Shown here: piece by piece, positions 11,592 to 22,501 of the stretch
Layout: every line of letters starts with the position of its first letter
How positions within the stretch are numbered: the first letter of the stretch is position 1
Source of the DNA: an uncultured delta proteobacterium
GTDB lineage: Bacteria > Desulfobacterota > Binatia > UBA9968
Length of the DNA stretch: 64,000 nt
Assembly (NCBI GenBank): GCA_963727625.1
Contig: CAVSHR010000008.1
Location: forward strand, 128,001 to 192,000
Reading direction: 5' to 3'
Translations under genes and position numbers: made by a program
The notes under the pieces: model-generated
What the model was told of the DNA's origin: nothing
The model's database searches: none
Seen by the model: the letters and a program-made list of their open reading frames with translations, nothing else

Positions 11592-13250
11592 TCATTTGGA
11601 TGAAGCATAAGGAATGCGAATTGAATCCACATTCTGATCTGTCATCGAATAAATAAACGGCTCTGTTTTCTGAGGCAGAATGTTGGCCCGAGTCAAGCCG
11701 GCCTCGAACGCGAACTCCGCAAAAAGCTGTTCCAGCGGCCGAGGCGACTTATCGTATCTTCCTTTTTTGCCGGGGAGTTTCATCGCAAATAAAGTCGAGA
11801 ACCCATCTGTCAGATCTTGGCTTGTGAGTGAATGCTGATTTTTTGAGATCGGCTCGTTTATCACGATTCTTGAGCCATGATCCCCGTGCAAAAGAATGAT
11901 CGAGTCGTCATATACCCCTGCCGCTCGCATCTCATCGAACAGTTCGTCCAATCGCAGATAAAGGCACGCAATTGCTCGAAATACTGTTGATAGCGCTCTT
12001 TTCGTGAGGCAATCGTGTTAAATGGAGGTTGGCTAAATAGACCTCTGTAATTCCACAAGAAGGCTCGATTCGGTGGCCGGATCGAACAGTCAGACAGAGC
12101 AACGTATGGGTAATGCGGGAATTATTAAATGCGCAAATAACGCTGTTCCACGCGGCAAGGACAGGATATCATTCCACAGGAGCTTCAAGTCTGCCAGGGT
12201 ATTAAGAGAATCAGTCCTAGTCCGTTCAATGTTGAGTGCCCACGTCCACGGAGATACTGAAGTCGCCAAGGCGGGAAACTTTGATTGGAACGACGAATAG
12301 AACACGTAAATTATCGCGGAAACGATGAGAGACTGACTGAAGGAACCGAGAATACAGCACTTGAAATTTCTGAGCGAATAGGCAAGTTAAGTTTTGCGAA
12401 GTTCTTTAAAGCACCCCAATGTCGTCTCGATGCAGCGACAATGACCACCGGCGAATCTGAACAGTAGTCGATCCATCCCGGCGAGAGCACCTCAATGTGA
12501 TAATTTCTCTCGGATAACAAGTTTAAAATATTTGTTGCGTAATAAAATATACGGACCTCCACCGCTGTATAAGACGCAGTAGGGTTAGCTTCGAGCCGCA
12601 AAATTTAGCATGTTCGGTATGGACAAATGGGTATTGAAATAGTGACTAAAAGCGCCGCCGAACAGTTGAAACCCATTTTTCAGATAAAACTGGGTGATCA
12701 AATTCTTGGTTGCAAGCCCTCCCTCAATATCGGTCGGAATGCCCTCGATGCCGATATGTTCGTCCAATATCAGATGAATAATGCGTGGAGGAGCATGAAC
12801 GCCTGGCTTGCTGATGCGCAAAAAGCGAATCGCTGTTCTTCGAGGGCAGAGCTAATTGAAACACCGTGACGACAAAGAAAGTCGAAAAAACCGCCGTGGC
12901 GATCGTGTAAAATTTCTCTTTTAAAAACAGGCATAGAACAAACGTTTGCATTCCGGTGAAAAGCAAGAGAGCTGTCCATTCATCTGACCCAATCTTGCAA
13001 GTTGAGCGGGGTGAACTGAAGATCGATGAAGGCAGTTATGAGCACGGCCATAACCAACCCTGAGACGACCCGTCCTCCGAGCAGCATGGCGACCGAACAG
13101 ATCATCGCCAAAAGGAGTAATCCGCCGAGCGCGATCAATGTTTCGGCGCATGCCAAGCAGTAGGAGTTATAGTTTAAAAACACCAGGAAAGGCGTAATTA
13201 AAATTAGCGCCGGCAATAATGAATATTTGTGTCTTAGTGGAACGAGTCAT
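11592..13250 (-). pseudogene. membrane protein with sulfatase/alkaline-phosphatase-superfamily domain (possibly NoeB-like), split by about 6 frameshifts
   Basis: Consecutive minus-strand fragments: TM segments (12724-13216), PPRIIHLILDEHIG (12585-12821), FAHLIIP (12090-12305), IILLHGDHGSR (11592-11951); may be sequencing error. Confidence 0.65.
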
Positions 13251-13303
13251 TAATCGTTAGGCGGTCGCGCTACCATCGTTTGCGATTTCAAAATCGCCAG
13301 CTC

Positions 13304-14717
13304 TCAGGTGTTTTGCCGCCTTGTGTACGAGACTAACAAACGACCCGTGGAAGAAACAATTTCAGTGTCGAGGATTCTTGTCCTGCGGCCGAGGTCGTTC
13401 AAGAACGCTTCCTTGGTGTAATCCGGAAAAATATCATCACGACGGCGCAGCAGAGACTGGACCATCGGATCGCTCTTCGGAACAAATTCGATCACGCCCC
13501 GAGGCGCCAAAGCGGATGAGCCAGTCAAGCAATTGGTCAAGGGGAACGTTGCGAGATATCGCGAGATGATGAATGAACGCTAGGGCGAGGATTGCGTCCG
13601 CCGACGCGCGGGCCCGAAGGCCATAGCGTTCTTGCTCCTGCCAACCCTGGTTCGGAGAAGGATTGGCTGCATCAAAGAACACCGGTTGAAAGCTTAAGTT
13701 TTTTTCTCGGGAGCGCGCGAAGGCAAGCTCCAGCGCGCCCTGGTCGTAATCAAACCCAACCGCATATTCAGCCCCGGCCTCGAGGGCAGCCACACAATAG
13801 TCCCCCGTGTTGCAGCCGAGATCCCATATTAGCTTTGGCCTCTCCCGGCGGACGAATTCACTAACGAATCGTTTCTTGTGCTCGACTTCTTCCGAAGAAT
13901 AACTATGGGTCTTGGCATACTCTTGCCACACGGTTTTCCCTGTATCGGCGGGTGTGAGTTTGCTGATCCATGAACTCAATTTTTGAAGGACCCGCCGAAA
14001 TGCAGCGAGCGATAACGCGTTTTTGGGAAGACTCTCTTTTTCTAATTTTACGTTGTCACTTTCCACGGATCGCTGGAAGAAAGATTGCAGCACGACATGC
14101 GCCAACACATTCCAGCGTATATGGTGGCGCCATTTCAAGAATCGGGAAAGCTCCTGGGCTTTGATCCCCTCCTGAGTTCCCCGGTACCACGCATTGTGAG
14201 GAACTCCAAACAGGGCGCGCAGCAACAATGGGTTCAAGAACTGTTCGCAAAATTGGCGATGGCCGGTCCAAATTTCCCCAGGGCGGTAGCGGCGAAAAGA
14301 CAAATGATCGATGAAAACCGGTCGCACCCCTTGAAATTGAATATTGTAAGCGCTCGCGTCGGTCAGGGTAACGCCGAATTCGAGGGCGGCTAACTGGATA
14401 TCGAGATGCAATAGGGCAGCGGCTTTGAGGGCAGAGAAGGGCCATTCATAGGGATATGAAATGAATCGCAATCGCGGTATTTGAAGCACATGTTTGGTGT
14501 CTTGGGGAAATCGGGCTCGAAGGTCGCCAGCATCGGCGCGTTCGAAAGGGAGTAGTAGGTTATCTGCTATGAGTCTTTGCAGGAATCCCGTTGTCTCGAC
14601 AAATTCAAACTCATGGGCGCCGGGTGCGGCGACCGTCCTGAAAATTTGACCGTCAAGCTCGTACACTCGACCGGACGGGTCGCGAAACGATCCGGGAAGC
14701 GGATGGATGTCATTCAT
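13304..14717 (-). CDS. NoeA-like protein: N-terminal kinase-like region plus C-terminal class I SAM methyltransferase; one frameshift near 13505
   Basis: GSFRDPSG, ISYPYEW, DASAYNIQF, FIDHLS; WDLGCNTG, LAFIHHL; C-terminus continues in ORF 13304-13540 (VIEFVPKSDPMV). Confidence 0.75.
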
Positions 14718-14953
14718 GGATCTCGTTCTTGGGGAGGCAAATTGTCTTCTTGATCGCGTTTGTGGCGAAATAGACCCATAAAACTCCTCCAATAGAGTTT
14801 TATGATTACGGCAACGCCGGCGATCCCGCCAAACAGCAGTTGCAACATCATGCTTCCGCTGCCGGGGTCCAGATACGCAAACGCCTGGTCGGTGAAGACA
14901 AGCATGTAGAGGCCTATAAATACAGACACGATCCGAAATGAAATTTGCTTCAT
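14714..14953 (-). CDS. small membrane protein with signal peptide and YLDPGSGS motif
   Basis: AFA|YLDPGSGS, then TM helix and W/basic tail; ATGA overlap with the next gene. Confidence 0.8.
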   Translation of the reverse strand: MKQISFRIVSVFIGLYMLVFTDQAFAYLDPGSGSMMLQLLFGGIAGVAVIIKLYWRSFMGLFRHKRDQEDNLPPQERDP

Positions 14954-15065
14954 GACTATCGTCCTTTGTTTCGTGTCGCCCTTGCCAAAATTACCGTCAA
15001 ATTTGGCGACCTAGTTACGGATGATTTGACCGATCCGGGTCGCATCGCACCAATTCACGGGTTAC

Positions 15066-15094
15066 TTGACGGGAAAGTGCTGAACATTTACTGT
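15066..15094 (+). promoter_or_regulatory. putative sigma70 promoter of the glycosyltransferase operon
   Basis: TTGACG-N17-TACTGT. Confidence 0.4.
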
Positions 15095-15289
15095 TCGCCG
15101 ATTATAGCCGATGGTCCATACTCTGGGTAGTAAAAATGGATGTTGAGAATCCTCCCGGGCCGGTTTTGGCTCGAAGAGCCGGGACTGTTGATCGGGCTGC
15201 TCGGCTTTTAAAAATAATACTGGCGATATCCTCCTTGATCGTTTAATATGCTGATTTGTATGAAGTTTTGTCTCGCGAGGATGGTCTAA

Positions 15290-16423
15290 GTGAGTAAATC
15301 GGCGCGGCGAATCAATGAGCAGGTGGGAATCGACCTACGCGGCGTCGGTCGTATCCCGGTCGACAACGCGGAGGCTGCGCTGCGATTTTGCCAGGCACTG
15401 GCGCGCCAAGTCACCGCCGAGGCCACGTCGGTTGGTGTGGAACCATGTCATGATATTTCCGATATTGAACCAGGCGGGTCGGCACAAAGCACTGCGCAGC
15501 CAGAGTTGTCAGTTGTCCTACCAGTCTATAACGAAGCGGAAAATATTTCAGTACTGTACGAAAGGCTGATTAGCGTGCTCGAGAGAGAGAATTTCGATTT
15601 CGAGCTTCTATTTGTAGACGATGGCAGCAACGACGAAAGCGCGCAGAAGTTAAATGACCTCGAAGCGTCGGATGAGCGCGTCGTCGTGATTGAGCTGGCT
15701 CGTAATTTCGGTCATCAGGTCGCGATCACGGCCGGGCTCGATTTCGCTCGCGGCAAAGCCGTTGCGGTGATGGATGCGGACCTGCAAGATCCGCCGGAAG
15801 TGTTGCCCGAATTTATTAGCAAATGGCGCGAGGGCCACGACGTCGTTTACGCGGTGCGCGTGCAGCGCAAGGAAGGTTGGCTCAAGCGAGCCAGTTATAA
15901 AGCTTTTTATCGCTTACTCCGCCATGTATCGAATATCGATATTCCCCTCGACGCCGGCGACTTTTGCGTGATGGATCGCCGCGTCGTCGATTTGCTCAAA
16001 AGCATGCCGGAGCGAAACCGCTTTGTGCGCGGCATTCGCAGCTGGGTAGGGCTCAAACAAGTTGGAGTAACGTTCCAGCGCCAGGCGCGGCACGCCGGGA
16101 AATCGAAGTATACGTTCTTTGGTTTATTGCTTTTGGCTCTGGACGGACTGATTTCTTTTAGCTACGTCCCGTTGCGTATCATTACGTTCTTGGGGTTAGT
16201 AGTATCTACGCTTTCAATTTTGCTGGCGCTTTTTTACGTGACGATAAAGCTTCGGTTGGGGCTCAATCCGCCTGGATTCGCGACAATCATTGTCGCGATC
16301 TTCTTCCTTGCCGGAATTCAACTGATCACGCTCGGCGTGATCGGCGAATACGTCGGGCGAATCTTCGAAGAGGCGAAGCGACGGCCCTTATATGTTGTGC
16401 GCCGCTTACCCGGACTTCGTTAA
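15290..16423 (+). CDS. GT2 polyprenol-phosphate glycosyltransferase (GtrB/ArnC-like) with N-terminal extension
   Basis: LPVYNE, VDDGS, RNFGHQ, MDADLQDPPE, two C-terminal TM helices, GEYVGRI. Confidence 0.92.
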   Translation: MSKSARRINEQVGIDLRGVGRIPVDNAEAALRFCQALARQVTAEATSVGVEPCHDISDIEPGGSAQSTAQPELSVVLPVYNEAENISVLYERLISVLERENFDFELLFVDDGSNDESAQKLNDLEASDERVVVIELARNFGHQVAITAGLDFARGKAVAVMDADLQDPPEVLPEFISKWREGHDVVYAVRVQRKEGWLKRASYKAFYRLLRHVSNIDIPLDAGDFCVMDRRVVDLLKSMPERNRFVRGIRSWVGLKQVGVTFQRQARHAGKSKYTFFGLLLLALDGLISFSYVPLRIITFLGLVVSTLSILLALFYVTIKLRLGLNPPGFATIIVAIFFLAGIQLITLGVIGEYVGRIFEEAKRRPLYVVRRLPGLR

Positions 16424-17616
16424 TGCGCATCTTGATGCTCAATAACGAATTTCCGCCGTTGGGCGGGGGTACGGGAACGGTCAATCGTGCCATACTCGAG
16501 CAATTCGCCCGCGTCCCCGGACTAGAAATTGACCTGGTGACGTCGGCGTTGGGGAGCCGACCGGAGGAAGAAGTTTTCGCGAGCAACATCAAGATCTACA
16601 AGGTGCCGGTACGAAATAAAAATATCCATCACTCGTCGAATCGAGAACTGATCGAATATTTTTTTCGTGCGCTGCGCCTCGCTTTGAAATTTTCTCGACA
16701 ACGCTCCTATGATCTAAGTTTCGCGTGGAGTGCCGTGCCCGCCGGCGCAATCGCGCTGGCGCTGCGTCGTCTTGTCGGACTGCGCTACATCGTGCGCGTC
16801 TGCGGTCCCGACATTCCTGGCTTCGAGCGTCGTTACCAATCCCTTCATCGTTTTTTGTCGCCGGTAATACGCCGGATCTGGCGCGGCGCGGAGCGAGTGG
16901 TCGCGAAATCAGAGCGCGAAATTGAATTGATCCACGCGCTAGATTCTGCATTAAACTGCTTGCTGATCCCCAACGGCGTCGACCTCGATGCCTTCAAACC
17001 AAATGCGAGCATGGATGAAAAAGAGCCGCTACGTATCCTCTGCGTCGGCCGGCTGATCGAGAGAAAAGGGCAACACCACTTGATCGAAGCGGTGAAAAGG
17101 CTCACCGATGACGGGATCGACGTCGAACTCGATCTTATCGGAACCGGGGATGCCCATTCCGATAACGAGGCTCAAGTCGTCCGGCTTGGACTAACCGATC
17201 GGGTTCATTTTCGTGGCTACGTGCCGCGCGAAAAGATCGCTGAGCACTACGCCGCTGCACACGTGTTTGTGCTGCCGTCTTACAACGAGGGCATGAGCGT
17301 GGCGCTTCTCGAAGCGATGGCCTCGGGACTCGCAGTTGTGGTCACGCCAACCGGGGGCACTCCTGAACTGGTGGCGCCCGAGGTCAACGGACTCATTTTC
17401 AATTGGGCCGACGTCGACGGTTTGACGGCGAGCCTGCGTCGCTTGGCGCGAGATCGTTCCATGGTAAGTCGGATGGGCGAGGCATCGCGAAAGCGGGCGG
17501 GCGATTTTTCCTGGGACCGAGCCGCGAGCCGCTATATCGATCTGCTGAATAGACTATCCGCGGCGATTTCCTCTTCTGACGCGCGTCTCAGCGCCGAGGC
17601 AAAGCACAAGGCTTAA
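16423..17616 (+). CDS. GT4 family glycosyltransferase
   Basis: EFPPLGGG, IPNGVD, VGRLIERKG, EGMSVALLEAMASG. Confidence 0.92.
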   Translation: MRILMLNNEFPPLGGGTGTVNRAILEQFARVPGLEIDLVTSALGSRPEEEVFASNIKIYKVPVRNKNIHHSSNRELIEYFFRALRLALKFSRQRSYDLSFAWSAVPAGAIALALRRLVGLRYIVRVCGPDIPGFERRYQSLHRFLSPVIRRIWRGAERVVAKSEREIELIHALDSALNCLLIPNGVDLDAFKPNASMDEKEPLRILCVGRLIERKGQHHLIEAVKRLTDDGIDVELDLIGTGDAHSDNEAQVVRLGLTDRVHFRGYVPREKIAEHYAAAHVFVLPSYNEGMSVALLEAMASGLAVVVTPTGGTPELVAPEVNGLIFNWADVDGLTASLRRLARDRSMVSRMGEASRKRAGDFSWDRAASRYIDLLNRLSAAISSSDARLSAEAKHKA

Positions 17617-17619
17617 CCC

Positions 17620-19517
17620 ATGTGCGGTATTTGCGGCCAACTTGCCTCGGACCCGGCGCGGGGCGCGGATAGCGATCTGCTACGGCGGCTTAACATGACC
17701 ATCCGGCATCGCGGACCGGATAGCGAAGGTTATCACGTCAAAGGCACCGTCGGTCTTGCCATCTCCCGCCTCGCCATCATCGACGTCGCCGGCGGCCAAC
17801 AACCGATCACCAACGAGGACGGTTCCATCATCGTCGTTTTTAACGGCGAAATTTATAACTTCCGTGAATTGCGCACTGAGCTGGAAAACCTCGGCCATCG
17901 CTTCCGCACCCGGAGCGATACCGAAATCATCGTGCACGGCTACGAGCAGTGGGGCGATGCGGCATTGCCGCACTTTAACGGGATGTTCGCCATCGCGCTC
18001 TGGGATGAGCCGCGTCAACGTCTCCTCCTCGCGCGCGACCGGATGGGCAAGAAACCGCTTTACTGGCACTGGTCGAAACATGGCCTGCTGTGGGGTTCGG
18101 AGGCCAAAGCCGTTTTGGCGGCGCCGTGGGTGGAAAGACGCGTCAATCCAGTTGCATTACATCACTATCTCACGCTTCAATACGTTCCCGATCCGCTGAC
18201 GATCTTCGACGGCATGAACAGACTTCCCGCGGCGCACAAGCTTGTGGTCGAGCGCGGCGGTGAACCGCAGGTGTCGCGCTGGTGGCAACTCGAGTTTGAG
18301 CCGAAATGGCAAATCGATGACACGGAAGCCATCGAACAGACGCGTAAATTTTTGGCGGCTGCCGTAGAGCGTCGCTTGATCTCAGAGGTGCCGCTCGGCG
18401 CGTTTCTCAGCGGCGGCATTGATTCCTCGACGATCGTCGCGCTCATGGCCGAACGGAGCAGCAAGCCGGTGCAGACTTTTTCGATCGGCTTCGAAGAAGA
18501 ACGCTACTCCGAAACTCCCTATGCGCGCCAGGTCGCGGATCGTTATCACACCGATCATCATGAGTTCGTTTTTCGCGCTGAGGATCTGATCCGTGTGATC
18601 GACGAGTCAGTCAGCGCGTTCGACGAGCCGCTCGCCGATCCCGCGGCTCTGCCGCTCCTGGAGCTATCCCGACAGGCGCGACAGTCGGTGACGGTCGCGT
18701 TGTGCGGCGACGGTGGCGACGAGACGCTCGCCGGTTATCGCCGCTATGCCGTCGACGGCCTGCTTCGGCCTTATTCGGCGCTGCCGGCGTGGCTGACGCA
18801 ACGAGCCGTCCCGGCGATGATGCGCCATGTGCCGGAACCCACCTGGATTCCGGAAGACCGCAATCCGATTACCGGATTGAAAAGACTTGGTCAATTCTCC
18901 AAGACGACGCCCAAGGCTTCATTGGTCCGTTGGGGCTCGTATTTTTCACAGGAAGAAAAACTTTCACTCTACACCGAATGTTGGCGCGATAAATTCTTAC
19001 AGACCGATAGCGCCGACTGGCTCTCCGGCGCTTATGACGAGGCGCACGCATCGAGTCTGCTCGACCGCACGCTCTATGCCGATCATGTGACGTATCTGTC
19101 CGGTGATCTGCTGCCCAAGACCGACCGCATGACCATGGCACATTCGTTAGAGGGCCGGTCGCCGTTTCTCGACGTCGAATGGGTCGAATGGACGGCGCGC
19201 TTGCCGGAGCGTTTTAAAGTCCGCCGCATGGCAGGGAAATGGCTGCTCAAGGCCGCTTTTGGCGAGATGCTCCCGCCGGCTATCTGTGCCCGTGGCAAGC
19301 AAGGGTTCGGCGTGCCAATCGGGCACTGGTTCAAGAACGAGCTTCATCATTGGGCAAGAGATCGTCTACTCGACAACCGTTCCCTGTCGCAATGGTTCCG
19401 TCAGGCGGAGATGGCGCGCTTGCTGAACGAGCACGACAGCGGCAAAGCCAATCACGGAAAGAAACTCTGGGCGTTGCTATCCTGGCGGTTTGGTCGAAGA
19501 AATACCTTGCGCAGTAA
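17620..19517 (+). CDS. asnB: asparagine synthase (glutamine-hydrolysing)-like amidotransferase; probable frameshift near 19478
   Basis: MCGI, HRGPD, FNGEIYN, RDRMGKKPLY, FLSGGIDSS, GDGGDE, KQGF; alternative-frame ending LAVWSKKY* abuts the next ATG at 19517. Confidence 0.9.
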
Positions 19518-20297
19518 TGTTTAGGATTTTTGACTTTGGCTCCAACTGGGAAGATTTTTCAAAGCGGCACATTGATCGCCGGCGGTTGGAAGCGGCCTGC
19601 GAATCTTTGCGGTCTTTATTGGCCAAAGAGAATATCGAGGGAAAGAGCTTTCTCGATGTTGGTTGCGGCAGTGGTCTTTTTTCGATCGCCGCGCATCAAC
19701 TCGGTGCAACAAAAGTGGTTGGCATTGACGTTAATCCTCGTTGTATTGAAATTTCTCAAAGCAACCGCGATCTTTTGGCTCCCGGTTCGCCGATCGAGTT
19801 TTATATCGCTTCGGCTTTGGAACCCGAAAAACTCCAGCGCTTCGGAAATTTTGATCTCGTCTACGCTTGGGGTTCATTGCATCATACCGGGTCGATGTGG
19901 GACGCCGTTCGTAACGTCTCAAAATGCGTCGCGCCCGAGGGAACCATGATTTTGGCGATTTACAACAAACACATCACCTCGCCGGTGTGGAAAGCGGTTA
20001 AATGGATCTACAATCAAGTGCCCGGATTAGTCCAGCAGGTTGATGATCTTGATATTCGCGGGAATTATTTACGTTGCGAAATTCCTCATCACTCGAAGCA
20101 ATCCGTTAAAGAAAGAACGCGGCATGGATTTTTGGTTTGACGTAATTGATTGGGTTGGCGGTTATCCATACGAGTATGCAACGCCGGCGGAGATAGAGCG
20201 GTCCGTCTGTGACCGTGGATTCTCGCTCCAGCGCTATATCCCAGCTCAGGTTCCAACAGGATGCAACGAATTTGTCTTTCGCAAACTCCTGACATGA
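19517..20297 (+). CDS. class I SAM methyltransferase; frameshift near 20038
   Basis: FDFGSNW, FLDVGCGSG, WGSLHHTG; continues as RGMDFWFDVIDWVGGYPYE...GCNEFVF. Confidence 0.85.
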
Positions 20298-21400
20298 AGA
20301 TCGCCTACTTCGTCGACAACTTGCGCGGCGACGGAACCCAGAGCGCGTTGACTCATCTGGTTCAGGGTCTCGCTAGCCGAGGTCACACCCAAAAAGTGCT
20401 GTGTCTAAACGACTCGTACGACGAAGAAGTCGTCAACGAACTGCGGAGCGCGCCGGCCGAAGTTCGAATGGTGGGCAAAACGGCCTTGGCAATGGGGTTT
20501 GGTTTAATGTCGACCAAGGCATGGTTGGGTCGCGAGAAATTCGACGCAGTAGTGACCATGCTTTTTGCTGCTGACGTCATCGGCCGTCTTCTAGCACGCT
20601 GGAGCGGGGTTCCTCGGATTATCTCGTCGCTGCGCGCTCGAAATGTGCACTATTCGCGGTTACAACGTTGCCTCGTTCGGGTCACGATGGATGCAGCGGA
20701 TGCTGTCGTTATCAACAGTCCGCACTCGAGGGAGTTCGCGATTGACGCGGAAGGGGTCCAGCCGGATCGTATTGTTTTTATACCTAATGGAGTTCAGGTC
20801 ACCAAATACGCCAAGCCAGTGTGTCAAGAATCATTGCGTGACAAGTTAGGTTTATCCACTCAAGGATATTTGCTTGGATGTGTTGGCCGGCTAACGAAAC
20901 AAAAAGGCATTGACGTCTTGCTAAAGGCGCTTTCGCTAATGAACAAGCCAGATTTCAACTTGGTAGTTTTTGGAGCCGGTGAAGAGGAAGCCTCGCTAAG
21001 AACTCTTGCTCTCAAGCTAGGTTTGGAGTCACGGGTGCATTTTGCAGGATATCGTCGTGATCTTCCAAGTCTGCTTGGTGCTTTGGACCTATACGTTCAT
21101 CCGGCTCGATTCGAAGGCATGCCCAACGCTCTACTGGAAGCCATGGCGGCGGCTTGTCCCATCGTCGCCACAGCAGTCGACGGTAATCGCGAGTTAATCG
21201 AAGACGGAAAACACGGATGGCTGGTACCGCCGGAGGACCCTGGTGCTCTCGCGACAACGATTAGTGCAGCCTTGAGCGATCTCGACGACGCTCGATGTCG
21301 CGGAAACGCCGCGCGGCAACGGGTTCGCGAGAGCTTTAGCGTTGATAAGATGATCAACGGTTGGGAAAACATCCTGATGGGAAAACAACCGCAGTCATGA
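20294..21400 (+). CDS. GT4 family glycosyltransferase
   Basis: IPNGV, VGRLTKQKG, EGMPNALLEAMA; ATG at 20294 overlaps the upstream stop. Confidence 0.92.
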   Translation: MKIAYFVDNLRGDGTQSALTHLVQGLASRGHTQKVLCLNDSYDEEVVNELRSAPAEVRMVGKTALAMGFGLMSTKAWLGREKFDAVVTMLFAADVIGRLLARWSGVPRIISSLRARNVHYSRLQRCLVRVTMDAADAVVINSPHSREFAIDAEGVQPDRIVFIPNGVQVTKYAKPVCQESLRDKLGLSTQGYLLGCVGRLTKQKGIDVLLKALSLMNKPDFNLVVFGAGEEEASLRTLALKLGLESRVHFAGYRRDLPSLLGALDLYVHPARFEGMPNALLEAMAAACPIVATAVDGNRELIEDGKHGWLVPPEDPGALATTISAALSDLDDARCRGNAARQRVRESFSVDKMINGWENILMGKQPQS

Positions 21401-22497
21401 GAGAAACTTTGCTTTCCTTTCTCTCTTGCCCTGAATGTGGGTCAGGATTCGATCTAACCGTGCTGGTTAAAGAAGATGATCGAATCATAGAGGGCTTGCT
21501 GCACTGCGTCGCAACTCGCCATGTCTATCCCGTCGTGCGCGCGGTGCCTCGAATCCTGGCGTCCGCCTTTGGACAGGAACCCCAATTTACCGCTAAACAC
21601 AGGGCTCTCATTGCAACGTACCGCAGTGTTGCTTCAACTCCTACTGAACCGGAAATAGAACAGACAAAAAAAGGCTTTGGACGGCAATGGACCACGTATC
21701 AGGTCCAACGGTCCGACGAAGATCTCGCTTATTTTCAGTCCAAGACTGGTGTGACTCCGTCCTATTTAAACGGAAGATTGGTGCTGGACGCCAGATGTGG
21801 GAGCGGCCGATACGCCGAAGTGGCGGGGGAAGCGGGGGCAGTTGTCGTTGGAGTCGATCTTAGCGCTGCCGTTGAAACCGCGGCATCGAGTACATCACAT
21901 CTACCGAACGTGCATATCGTCCAATCCGATATATTCCGTCTTCCCTTTAAGGCACAGGCCTTTGACTTTATTTATTCAATCGGCGTTTTGCACCATACAC
22001 CCAACACGAAACAAGCTCTGTCTAGTTTAATTCCGCTGTTGACCGATTCCGGAGAGATCGCCATATGGTTATACCCGAGATGGCCGGCGCCGGTTGAATT
22101 ATACAATCAAATGCTTCGAGCCGTAACTACGCGCATGAGTCACGAAATGCTGCATCGAGTGGCTGTGTCCATGGAACCTATTGGTCTCTTGAAACTGAAA
22201 CTTCTAACGTCCAGCCAATCATGGAAAAGAGTTTTAGGTCAATTATTACGAGGAGTGACCATTGGCGTGTCATATCATCCCGACCGCGAAATTCGCATCT
22301 GCGATACGTTCGACTGGTTCTCGCCACCGTATCAATGGCATCATACAGATACCGAAGTTGAGTCGTGGTTGCGAGAGTTTGGTTTCAGTCAAATCGTTAA
22401 TCTGTCTAAAGGGCAGAGCCATTTTCAATATAACTACGGCAACGGCGTTAACTTTAAGGCCGGACGTATCGCGTTAACCAATCGATCAATGAGCTAA
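21397..22497 (+). CDS. Trm112-like domain plus class I SAM methyltransferase
   Basis: LSCPECG...EGLLHC...YPV, FGRQW, VLDARCGSGR, SIGVLHHTP, TFDWFSP. Confidence 0.85.
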   Translation: MRETLLSFLSCPECGSGFDLTVLVKEDDRIIEGLLHCVATRHVYPVVRAVPRILASAFGQEPQFTAKHRALIATYRSVASTPTEPEIEQTKKGFGRQWTTYQVQRSDEDLAYFQSKTGVTPSYLNGRLVLDARCGSGRYAEVAGEAGAVVVGVDLSAAVETAASSTSHLPNVHIVQSDIFRLPFKAQAFDFIYSIGVLHHTPNTKQALSSLIPLLTDSGEIAIWLYPRWPAPVELYNQMLRAVTTRMSHEMLHRVAVSMEPIGLLKLKLLTSSQSWKRVLGQLLRGVTIGVSYHPDREIRICDTFDWFSPPYQWHHTDTEVESWLREFGFSQIVNLSKGQSHFQYNYGNGVNFKAGRIALTNRSMS

Positions 22498-22501
22498 TAT
22501 T

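Noticed and set aside
14718-14792. Upstream start given by the ORF track for the NoeA-like gene
   Set aside because: Overlaps the YLDPGSGS gene; ATG at 14717 gives a clean ATGA coupling
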